Positions 48,466 through 55,921 of a DNA stretch of 64,000 bases are shown here, piece after piece; position 1 is the first letter of the stretch, and every line of letters starts with the position of its first letter. The notes beneath the pieces are model-generated. The model had not been told where the DNA came from and did not search any database. It saw only the letters and a program-made list of their open reading frames with translations. The translations under genes were made by a program, and so were the position numbers. This stretch comes from Candidatus Dormiibacterota bacterium (GTDB lineage Bacteria; Chloroflexota; Dormibacteria; Dormibacterales; Dormibacteraceae), in the NCBI GenBank assembly GCA_035279785.1, contig DATEHC010000017.1, positions 20,695 through 84,694 of the forward strand, read 5' to 3'.

Positions 48466-48657
48466 CTACCGGACCACGTGAAGGTGCGCCGCCGGGCGTC
48501 CGTCGAGCCGGTCGGCGAGCGTCCGCAGCCGGCCCGCCATCCAGCCGCGGAACGGCGTGGCTTCACTCTCCGGCACCAGGCGCGACCGCTCTTCGGCGAC
48601 GCGGGCCATGGTCCGGTGGGCCTCCAGGATCAGTCGTTCCGGGGTGTAGTGGTCCAT
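48466..48657 (-). CDS. Hypothetical small protein (63 aa)
   Basis: ATG at 48657 borders the AT-rich intergenic region. Divergent from the ArsR-type gene. No family recognised. Confidence 0.4.
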   Translation of the reverse strand: MDHYTPERLILEAHRTMARVAEERSRLVPESEATPFRGWMAGRLRTLADRLDGRPAAHLHVVR

Positions 48658-48719
48658 GGCGACATTATAGGCTGCCGTCTGTTCAAATAGACAAGCACCT
48701 AATTTAATCACCTGATAAT

Positions 48720-48735
48720 ATAGGCCGCAGCCTAT
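48720..48735. promoter_or_regulatory. Palindrome ATAGGC-CGCA-GCCTAT overlapping the ArsR-type start codon (candidate auto-operator)
   Basis: Perfect 6-bp arms read directly. A related 10-mer TATAGGCTGC at 48666-48675 matches TATAGGCCGC at 48719-48728, 53 bp away. Confidence 0.4.
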
Positions 48736-49717
48736 GCCAGCCAGCAGCGAAGCCGCCAGGCCACAGATCCAGGTCGCGATCTCCGCGCCGATCGAGCTGA
48801 TGTGGCTGATTCACTGGGCGGGAGCTGGACACTCGCACGGAGGCACGTATGCCGAGCTCGACGAGCTGCGCCTCCGCCGAGGCCCGGAGCTGGAAAAGCT
48901 CTCGGGCGAGCGGCTTGCCCAGTACTCGACCGAGATGCTGGTGCTGGCATTTCGCTCGGGGACGTTGATGGACCACGACCTGAAGCGATTTTTCGGCCGG
49001 ATCGAGGCCGCCATCGACGACGCTCGTATGCCGTCTCTTCTTTCCGAAAGCCCGAGGGAGCGCGAGATCGTGCACGAGCGCCTCGAGCGAATCCGTTCCG
49101 ACAAAGCATTCAGGAGGCGCTACGTGGACCTCCTACGCGCGATCTGGTCGGACATGGAGCCCGAATGGGAGAGGACCGGGCGACAATCGGCGACCGCGGA
49201 AGCGCAGCGATGGGAGCGGGCTCTTGAAGCGGGAACCACTTATCGCCAGATACTCCAAGTCCAGCAGATCTGGCCGCCGAGGCCGGAAGCCGACACATTC
49301 GCCGACGCCGCCGCGGTCCAGGGGAATCTCACCCTTACCCCGGCCTGGTTCGGCGGCAAGATCCACATCCTCGAGTTCGACGGCCGCGTGTACGTCGGGC
49401 GCGGCATGCGCCTGGGTGAGCCGTCGTTCAAGGAGGTGGCGGTCGAGGTGTCGGCGCACATCAAGGCCCTCGCGGATCCGACTCGCCTCGCCATCCTGCT
49501 GCGTCTGGCGCGCGATCCCGCCTCCGTCACCGAGATTGCCCGCCAGTTCGACCTCTCGCAGCCGACCGTGAGTGCGCACGTCAACGTTTTGCGTCAAGCG
49601 GGCCTGCTCGAGGAGAAGACGGTCGGCCGCAGCGCTCAGCTGAGCGCTAGCAAGGACGGTGTCCGCCGGCTGTTCGCCGACGCCGAGGAGTCACTGGTCC
49701 GTGCCTTTCGCGCCTAG
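48734..49717 (+). CDS. ArsR/SmtB-family transcriptional regulator with large N-terminal domain (DUF5937-like)
   Basis: C-terminal HTH 'LADPTRLAILLRLARDPASVTEIARQFDLSQPTVSAHVNVLRQAGLL'. The ~230-aa N-terminal domain is typical of DUF5937-ArsR proteins. Confidence 0.8.
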   Translation: MPASSEAARPQIQVAISAPIELMWLIHWAGAGHSHGGTYAELDELRLRRGPELEKLSGERLAQYSTEMLVLAFRSGTLMDHDLKRFFGRIEAAIDDARMPSLLSESPREREIVHERLERIRSDKAFRRRYVDLLRAIWSDMEPEWERTGRQSATAEAQRWERALEAGTTYRQILQVQQIWPPRPEADTFADAAAVQGNLTLTPAWFGGKIHILEFDGRVYVGRGMRLGEPSFKEVAVEVSAHIKALADPTRLAILLRLARDPASVTEIARQFDLSQPTVSAHVNVLRQAGLLEEKTVGRSAQLSASKDGVRRLFADAEESLVRAFRA

Positions 49718-50320
49718 CTCGGCGTTCACCCTCTCGACGACCTGTTTCAAAACCTCGTAGGGCTGCGCGCCCAGCACCAGGTAACGCCGGCCGAAGACGT
49801 GCGCGGGAATCGCGTTGATCCCGACCGACGTCGCGACCCTGCGATCTTCGTCGATGATCGCGGCGTAGCGATCGTCGTCGACGGCCTCACGCAGGTCAGC
49901 GCCGTCGAGCCCGACAGTCTCGCCGATCCGCACGAGGTCGTCGACGTCCTCGAGCTTGCCGGTTCCCTCCCAGTGCGCCTTGAAAAGGGCGCGGTGCATC
50001 TCTTCGAAGCGGCCCTTCTCACGCGCGAGCTCGGCGGCGCCAAGGGCGCGTCGCGAGTTGATGATCACGTCGCGCGTGCGCATCTCGAGGCCGACCGATT
50101 GCGCGACCGACTGCATGTACGAGCGCATCTGGTCGGAACGAGAGCGTCCGAAATACGCCTCGCGTGGGATCCCTTCGGGCGGCGCCTCGGGATGCAGCTC
50201 GTACGGCCTCCAGGTGACGTGGACGAGTCCCTCGCGCTCGAGCTGCTCGACTCGAACCGAGTCGATGTAGCACCAGGGTCAAACGTAGTCGGAGAAGATC
50301 ACCAGGTCCACAGCTTCCAT
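49691..50320 (-). CDS. DsbA/FrnE-like thiol:disulfide oxidoreductase with in-frame TGA at the first redox Cys (candidate selenoprotein, otherwise a pseudogene)
   Basis: The frame of ORF 49691..50128 continues upstream to ATG 50320: MEAVDLVIFSDYV-TGA(50279-50281)-PWCYIDSVRVEQLEREGLVHVTWRPYELHPEAPPEG. This is the family 'D..CPWCYI' motif with TGA in place of Cys. There are no other stops or frameshifts in 209 codons. The C-terminus 'GINAIPAHVF...LGAQPYE' is DsbA-like. Confidence 0.6.
50247..50265 (-). promoter_or_regulatory. SECIS-like hairpin 13 nt downstream of the in-frame UGA
   Basis: mRNA UCGACUCG-GUU-CGAGUCGA forms a perfect 8-bp stem with a 3-nt G-initiated loop. The stem starts 13 nt after the UGA. 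Confidence 0.4.
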
Positions 50321-50428
50321 GAGGACGTCTCTAAGCATCCCTTAACGAGGCGGTGGCAGAATGAAGTCGAGGGCGAAAGGGACCCTGAACGTGAACCCGG
50401 GAAGCTCGGAATTCAGGAGGTAATGCCC

Positions 50429-51208
50429 ATGGCAGACGCGAAGACGTTCGTCATCGATGCACCCGTTTGGATCGACCTTTCGAGCACCAATCCGGCGAAG
50501 GCTCGGGAGTTCTACTCGAAGCTGTTCGGATGGGATGCCGAGCCCGAGAAAGACCCGGCCGCGGGCGGCTACGCGATCGCGAGGCTCGCCGGGAAAGACG
50601 TGGCGGGCATCGGCGGCACCCAGGACCCGAACGCACCGTCGGCGTGGATGGTGTACATCGGCACCAAGGACGCGGCCGCGCTCGCGAAGAAGATCGAGGC
50701 GGAGGGCGGCAAGGTGGTCGCGCCTCCGTTCGACGTGATGGACGTGGGCCGCATGGCGGTCTTCCAGGACCCGAGTGGTGCATTCATCTCGGCGTGGCAG
50801 CCGAAGTCCATGAATGGCTTCGAAGTCATGCGCAGGGCCGGTGCCTATTCGTGGGCGGAGCTGAACTCACGCGGCTTTGACAAGGCGGAGAACTTTTACA
50901 AGAAGGTGTTCGGCTGGACGACGAAGAAGAGCCCGATGGGCGAGGGTCAGCCCGAGTACACGGAGTTCCAGCTGAGCGGCGAGAGCATCGCCGGCGGCAT
51001 GGAGATGAACTCGATGGTGCCGAAAGAGGTCCCGTCCTATTGGACCGTCTACTTCGGCGTGACCGACGTGGACAAGGCCTTCGGGAAGGCGACAGGCCTC
51101 GGGGCGACGGAGATGGTTGCGCCGCAGGACTTCCCGGGCGGCCGGTTTGCGCTCCTGTCAGATCCGACGGGCGCGATGTTCGGCCTCCTGACGACCGACC
51201 AGAGCTGA
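50429..51208 (+). CDS. Two-domain VOC (glyoxalase/bleomycin-resistance) family protein
   Basis: ATG at 50429 lies 8 nt after AGGAGG. It has two repeats of the 'FY..vFGW...' VOC module. Confidence 0.85.
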   Translation: MADAKTFVIDAPVWIDLSSTNPAKAREFYSKLFGWDAEPEKDPAAGGYAIARLAGKDVAGIGGTQDPNAPSAWMVYIGTKDAAALAKKIEAEGGKVVAPPFDVMDVGRMAVFQDPSGAFISAWQPKSMNGFEVMRRAGAYSWAELNSRGFDKAENFYKKVFGWTTKKSPMGEGQPEYTEFQLSGESIAGGMEMNSMVPKEVPSYWTVYFGVTDVDKAFGKATGLGATEMVAPQDFPGGRFALLSDPTGAMFGLLTTDQS

Positions 51209-51218
51209 GCTCGACGGG

Positions 51219-51253
51219 AGACCGGCGGGCGTGCGTCACGCCCGCCGGTCTTT
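51219..51253 (+). terminator. Rho-independent terminator
   Basis: 15-bp perfect stem AGACCGGCGGGCGTG / CACGCCCGCCGGTCT, loop CGT, followed by TTT. Starts 11 nt after the VOC stop. Confidence 0.75.
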
Positions 51254-51292
51254 CAATATGTCGGGCGTAACGCGCGCCGGTAGCCTTGACCG

Positions 51293-51646
51293 ATGCAGAA
51301 GGATCCCGCCGCCGAGAAGTGGTTCGCGGGCAAGCCCGCGGAGCCCGCGCTGCGGCGCGTGCGCGAGGTGATCCTCGGCGCCGACAAGCGGATGAAAGAG
51401 GGCACGAAGTACGGCACGGTGATGTTCCACTGCGGCGGCGACTTCGCAAGCTTTGTGCAGCACAACAAGAAGACCGTGAGCCTGATGTTCAACCGCGGCG
51501 GGATCATCCCCGGCAAGTTCCCGCACATGGAAGGCGAGGGGCGCCAGGTGCGCTTCATGCGCTTTGCCGACGCGGCCGAGGTCAACGCGCGCAAGACCGA
51601 GCTGAGCAAGATCGTAGTCGCGTGGTGCGACCTGATGTCCGCCTGA
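51293..51646 (+). CDS. DUF1801 (YdhG-like) domain protein
   Basis: 117 aa. 'LRRVREVILGADKRMKEGTKYGTVMF' pattern. Confidence 0.75.
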   Translation: MQKDPAAEKWFAGKPAEPALRRVREVILGADKRMKEGTKYGTVMFHCGGDFASFVQHNKKTVSLMFNRGGIIPGKFPHMEGEGRQVRFMRFADAAEVNARKTELSKIVVAWCDLMSA

Positions 51647-51658
51647 TCCCTTGGGGGC

Positions 51659-52027
51659 CTAGCGCGCCGTCACGTAAGAGATGATCCGTTCAACCTTGAT
51701 CTTTCCGTGCTCGTCAAGCAGCCAGGTCTGAGCCGAGACAAACGTTTTCGCTCCCTGCGGCCCGTCGGTGTCGACCTCGTACGCGATGAGGGCATTCAGC
51801 TCATCGCCCATCTCGCTGATGACGCGCAGACTTCCGGGAATGACCCGCCTCGCGAATTGCGCGAGGCCCCGCGGCGCATCCATGTACTCGTCGATCCCTA
51901 CAAGGTGCCCGGCGGGACTGAAGAACTCCACGTCGCCGGCGAGGTTGCGACGCGCTGTGTCGAGGTCGTGATTGGTCCACGCTTCGAGGTGAGAATGGGC
52001 GAGCGCGACCGCTCGTGCTGCGTTCAA
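51659..52027 (-). CDS. SnoaL-like / NTF2-fold protein
   Basis: TTG at 52027 lies 7 nt after AAGGAGG and overlaps the upstream stop (TTGA). 'AHSHLEAWTNHDLDTARRNLAGDVEF'. Confidence 0.7.
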   Translation of the reverse strand: MNAARAVALAHSHLEAWTNHDLDTARRNLAGDVEFFSPAGHLVGIDEYMDAPRGLAQFARRVIPGSLRVISEMGDELNALIAYEVDTDGPQGAKTFVSAQTWLLDEHGKIKVERIISYVTAR

Positions 52028-52356
52028 CTCTTCGCCTCCTTGACGAACTCGAGTGCTTCCTCGGCGAGGGGCAGCCAGCGTTTCGATGAGATGGATGACA
52101 GGACGAACCATTCACGCATCGGCCTGCCCTTGCCCGCGTCGAAATAATCTCCGTCGCCCGCTTCCACCAGCCCCGCCACGCGCTCCCGCTGAAGCTTGAC
52201 CACAAGCGAGCCGCGGACGAGCATCGCGAAGATCCGCCCATCCACCTTGAGCTGACCCGACGACCCGAACCCCTTGCCCTCGGTGATATGGGCGACGCCA
52301 CGCCGAGGCTTCATCCTGGCCACGAGGTCGGCGTACTTCGACTCGGCGCTCCTCAT
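52024..52356 (-). CDS. TfoX N-terminal-domain-like protein
   Basis: 110 aa. 'FGSSGQLKVDGRIFAMLVRGSLVVKL' resembles the TfoX_N/YjdF-type fold. Assignment is tentative. Confidence 0.5.
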   Translation of the reverse strand: MRSAESKYADLVARMKPRRGVAHITEGKGFGSSGQLKVDGRIFAMLVRGSLVVKLQRERVAGLVEAGDGDYFDAGKGRPMREWFVLSSISSKRWLPLAEEALEFVKEAKS

Positions 52357-52377
52357 GCCGTGCCATTATCCAGTCAC

Positions 52378-52407
52378 AACTTGAAAATATCAAGTACTAA
52401 CTTGAAA
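52378..52407. promoter_or_regulatory. Direct repeat AACTTGAAA x2 (21-bp spacing) in the AT-rich divergent promoter (candidate HxlR-type operator)
   Basis: Copies at 52378-52386 and 52399-52407. Between them, CTTGA(aaata)TCAAG forms a short palindrome. Confidence 0.35.
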
Positions 52408-52420
52408 CACTAAGGCTCGC

Positions 52421-53092
52421 GTGCTATCGTCGCGGTGCGTGAGGTCTTACCAGCAGTACTGCGCGGTGGCCAAGGCGCTCGACGTTGTCGGTGACCGGTG
52501 GGTTCTCCTGATCGTCCGCGAGCTGCTGACCTCGGGCCCTTCGCGCTACACCGACCTCCTCAAGGGCCTTCCTGGGATTGCCACCAACCTGCTTGCGGAC
52601 CGCCTGCGGCAGATGGAGAAGGCGGCCATCGTGCGCCGCGAGGAGGCGCCGCCGCCCGTGGCCACGACCCTGTTCCACCTGACCGATCGCGGCAATGCGC
52701 TCAACCCGATCCTCGAGGAGCTCGGCCGTTGGGGCGCCCCGCTGATGGGGGTGCCGCAACCCGGCAATGTGTTCCGCAGCCACTGGCTCGTATTCCCATT
52801 TGACGCCTATCTCGTCGACAAGTCGCCGTCCGAGCCCCCGATCGCGATCGAGATCCGCACGGGCGATGAGCCGATGGTGGTGGAGACGCTCGACGGCAAG
52901 GTGAAAACGCGCCGCGGCACCGCGGAGAAGCCCGACGCCGTGCTCACCGGACGGCCGGGATTGATTCTCGCCCTGTTGTCCGGCCGTCTCGACATGGCCG
53001 AGGCGAAGAATCGCGGGCTCGAGCTGACCGGCTCGCGGAAGGCGCTGCACCGCGTCGTGGGCGCGTGGGGCGCCGAGGGTCCGAAGGTCTAG
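52421..53092 (+). CDS. HxlR-family winged-helix regulator with C-terminal extension
   Basis: 'CAVAKALDVVGDRWVLLIVRELLTSGPSRYTDLLKGLPGIATNLLADRLRQME'. GTG start. The C-terminal ~110 aa are unassigned (SCP2-like?). Confidence 0.8.
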   Translation: MLSSRCVRSYQQYCAVAKALDVVGDRWVLLIVRELLTSGPSRYTDLLKGLPGIATNLLADRLRQMEKAAIVRREEAPPPVATTLFHLTDRGNALNPILEELGRWGAPLMGVPQPGNVFRSHWLVFPFDAYLVDKSPSEPPIAIEIRTGDEPMVVETLDGKVKTRRGTAEKPDAVLTGRPGLILALLSGRLDMAEAKNRGLELTGSRKALHRVVGAWGAEGPKV

Positions 53093-53970
53093 CCCGAGTA
53101 CTCGCGCGCCACGTGCGCGGCGACGCCGGCGTTGTTCACCACCAGGTCGACGTTGAGGTCGAGCGTGCGCCCGCCCGAGAGCTCGGCCATCCGCGCCAGC
53201 AGGTGCGGCGTGACCGCGCCACCGCCGACGCCCTCACCGAGCTCAGCTGCCGCGCGCCGGGCCATCTCCTCGACGCCGTCGATCTCGTACGGCGGCGGGA
53301 TGGCGACGACGACGCCGCGAGCACCCGTCGACCACGATGCGCGTAGAACGGCCGCCGCATCGCTTGCGTCAGCCACGCGGGCGCTGACCGGGCAGCCGCT
53401 CGCCCGTGCGTAGAAGGCGGGGAACTCGTCGGTCGCGAATCCGAGCACGGGAACCGCCAGGCTTTCGAGACGTTCGAGGGTCAGGCGCAGGTCGAGGATG
53501 ATCTTGGCGCCGGCGCAGAAAACCGCGACGGGCGAGCGCGCGATCTCATCGAGGTCGGCGGACTCGTCCTCGGGATGCCCGCGATGGACGCCGCCTATGC
53601 CGCCGGTGGCGAAGAACCGAATTCCGGCCAGGGCGGCGGCGCGCACCGACGCCGCGACTGTGGTCGCTCCAATCGAACGATGCACGGCGGCGGCGGCGAT
53701 GTCACGCGAGCTGACCTTGACCGCGCCGCCTGATGCGATGCGCTCGAGCTCCGGATCGGTCAGGCCGACCCTCAACCGGCCGTCGAGCACGGCGACGGTT
53801 GCGGGCACCGCGCCGGCCTCGCGGACCGCTTCCTCGCAACCTCGTGCCGCCCTCAGGTTGTGGGGAGCGGGCAGGCCCTGGCCGACGATCGACGTCTCGA
53901 GCGCGACGACCGGCCGGCCGGACTCGAGCGCGTCGGCGACCTCCGGCGCGACCTGAAGAAGATCGCTCAG
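53089..53970 (-). CDS. psuG: Pseudouridine-5'-phosphate glycosidase
   Basis: 'LLQVAPEVADALESGRPVVALETSIVGQGLP' and 'FATGGIGGVHRG'. No ATG/GTG/TTG lies between an implausible TTG about 62 codons upstream and the conserved N-terminus. CTG at 53970 overlaps the kinase stop (CTGA). Confidence 0.8.
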   Translation of the reverse strand: MSDLLQVAPEVADALESGRPVVALETSIVGQGLPAPHNLRAARGCEEAVREAGAVPATVAVLDGRLRVGLTDPELERIASGGAVKVSSRDIAAAAVHRSIGATTVAASVRAAALAGIRFFATGGIGGVHRGHPEDESADLDEIARSPVAVFCAGAKIILDLRLTLERLESLAVPVLGFATDEFPAFYARASGCPVSARVADASDAAAVLRASWSTGARGVVVAIPPPYEIDGVEEMARRAAAELGEGVGGGAVTPHLLARMAELSGGRTLDLNVDLVVNNAGVAAHVAREYSG

Positions 53971-54806
53971 CTTGGCCGCGCCCCGACGAGCGAGACCGAT
54001 CGCGACGCGGCGCTGACGGCCGATTCCGCCGCCTCCACCGGCGCGGCGCCACGAAGCCAGGCCACGCAGAATGCGGCCGCGAAGGCGTCGCCGGCCCCGG
54101 TCGGGTCTACAGCGTGCGCCTCGGGCGCGGGAATCTCTCGGCCGAAGACGCTGCAACCGCGCGCGCCGCGCTTCAGCACCGGGACCTGGGCCAGGCTCTC
54201 GAGCGGAACCGCCAGGGTCTGCGCCTCCTTCTCGGTGGCGAACAGCACCTCGGGGGCGAGTCGCGCCAGCACGTAGGCCATTCGCGACGGTCCGTAAGCG
54301 TGGAGCCCCGCCGCCGACGAGAGATCGACGGCCAGCATTCCTTTCTTCTCGCGGACGATCCGGATGGCGGCGCGGGTCGCGCCGGCAAGCGGCTCCCGGA
54401 ACAGCGAGTAGGCCGGCACGTGCAGAAGTTGGGTGTCGCGGAACCACGACTCGTCGAGGTCTTGCGGGCTCAGCCCGACGCTGGCGCCCCGCTGCGTGGC
54501 CATGGTGCGCCCGCCATCGGGTCCGATGAGCACCGCGATGGAGCCGGTCGGTTCGGCCGCCCAGACGGCGCGAACCTCGACTCCGCGGGATTCGAGATCG
54601 GCAACCAGCCGTCTTCCCGTGTCGTCGTCTCCAACACGCGCGACCAGTCGTGCGGGCTCGCCCAGAGCCGCGGCCCAGGCGCAGAAGTTGGCGGCCTGGC
54701 CGCCGCCGCCCAGGGTGATGGTGGCCGGCGTGTCGTCGTCCGCGGCGAGGAATGTGTCGGTGACGATCGAGATGTCCAGGAGCAGGTCTCCGATCGACAC
54801 GATCAC
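53967..54806 (-). CDS. psuK: PfkB-family carbohydrate kinase (pseudouridine kinase-like)
   Basis: 279 aa. 'DPTGAGDAFAAAF' motif. Translationally coupled to psuG. Confidence 0.75.
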   Translation of the reverse strand: MIVSIGDLLLDISIVTDTFLAADDDTPATITLGGGGQAANFCAWAAALGEPARLVARVGDDDTGRRLVADLESRGVEVRAVWAAEPTGSIAVLIGPDGGRTMATQRGASVGLSPQDLDESWFRDTQLLHVPAYSLFREPLAGATRAAIRIVREKKGMLAVDLSSAAGLHAYGPSRMAYVLARLAPEVLFATEKEAQTLAVPLESLAQVPVLKRGARGCSVFGREIPAPEAHAVDPTGAGDAFAAAFCVAWLRGAAPVEAAESAVSAASRSVSLVGARPS

Positions 54807-54945
54807 GGGTCGAGGATAAGACCTGCGCCTACCTCAATTGCAGTAGCGGCAAATCATCCAGATGGGGCTGGCTTTCAGCGCTCGGCGGAGACCATGATTC
54901 GGGCTAAGCCGGGCCATGGGTCGCCCGGCGGGCTGCGGGGGTGTG

Positions 54946-54979
54946 AGCCATGCGCCTGATGCGCATGGCTTTCTCTTTT
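54946..54979. terminator. GC-rich hairpin (10-bp stem AGCCATGCGC/GCGCATGGCT, loop CTGAT) with a T-tract on the plus-strand side
   Basis: Direct read. Lies 8 nt downstream of the minus-strand DapA-like stop, but the TTTCTCTTTT tract follows the stem only in the plus orientation. Confidence 0.55.
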
Positions 54980-55877
54980 AGCGCCGCGATCGGGCCGGCG
55001 TAAGCAAACCCTGAGCGGTCAGCGCATCGCGCATGGCTCCCTCGAGGTGCTCGTCGAGCTTGCGCACGGGTGGTGCAGACCAGGGTTCGCAGACGCCGAT
55101 CATCTGCAGCGCCGACTTGATCGCCAGCGGAAAAACTCCGGCCCGCACCGCGGAAACGACTTCGAACAGCCGGTCCTGAGCCTCGCGCGCCGCTTCCATG
55201 TCTCCCCGCCCGTACTCGTCGAAGATGCGCACGACCATCGCCGGCGCCACGTTGCCCGCGCCACAGATCGTGCCGGCGCCGCCCATCGCAAGCGACGCGA
55301 GGAGCATCGTGTCGCTGCCCGTGAAGATGCGGAATGCAGGTAGGTCGCGCGTGGCGATGCAGACACCCTCGAAGTACTCGAAGTCCCGGCTCGAGTCCTT
55401 GATGCCCGCGATCGTGCCCTCGCGCGCGAGAGTCGCCACGGTGACGGGCTCGGCAACCACCTTTGTGAATTGCGGGATGTTGTAGAGCATCACCGGCAGG
55501 TCGGCCCGCTGGCGAAGCTCGCGATAGAACGCGAGCACGCCTGCCTGGTCGGTCGGGTAGTAGAACGGCGGCGCGACGAGCACGGCGTCCGCGCCCAGCT
55601 CCTTCGCCGCCTCGACCTCGTTGCGTGCCGCGGCGAGGTGGCTCTGGGCCACGCCGCAGATCACCGGGGCGCGTCCTCGGGCGGCCTCGACGACCGCGGA
55701 CAGCACGGTGCGTCGCGCCGATTCGTCGAGGGACGCCGTCTCGCCGGTGGAGCCGAGCGCCAGCAGCCCGTGCACCCCGCCGCCGATCACGTGGTCGATG
55801 AGGCGCTCGACCGCGGGTTCGTCCACGCGGCCGTCGCGTGTCATCGGCGTGACGAGCGCGACGAGCACGCCCCGCAT
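54978..55877 (-). CDS. Dihydrodipicolinate synthase/N-acetylneuraminate lyase family (class I aldolase)
   Basis: ATG at 55877 within ORF 54978..56225. 'LGSTGE', 'LYNIPQFT', 'IAGIKDSS'. Confidence 0.85.
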   Translation of the reverse strand: MRGVLVALVTPMTRDGRVDEPAVERLIDHVIGGGVHGLLALGSTGETASLDESARRTVLSAVVEAARGRAPVICGVAQSHLAAARNEVEAAKELGADAVLVAPPFYYPTDQAGVLAFYRELRQRADLPVMLYNIPQFTKVVAEPVTVATLAREGTIAGIKDSSRDFEYFEGVCIATRDLPAFRIFTGSDTMLLASLAMGGAGTICGAGNVAPAMVVRIFDEYGRGDMEAAREAQDRLFEVVSAVRAGVFPLAIKSALQMIGVCEPWSAPPVRKLDEHLEGAMRDALTAQGLLTPARSRR

Positions 55878-55921
55878 TTGTTGCAGCTCGAACACTGCCG
55901 CCAGCCTAGCGCTTTCCTGTT

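Noticed and set aside
49691-50128. Taking the DsbA-like ORF at face value as a 145-aa protein starting at ATG 50128
   Set aside because: That would remove the entire thioredoxin-fold N-terminus, including the redox motif. The upstream frame encodes exactly that missing segment, interrupted only by one TGA.
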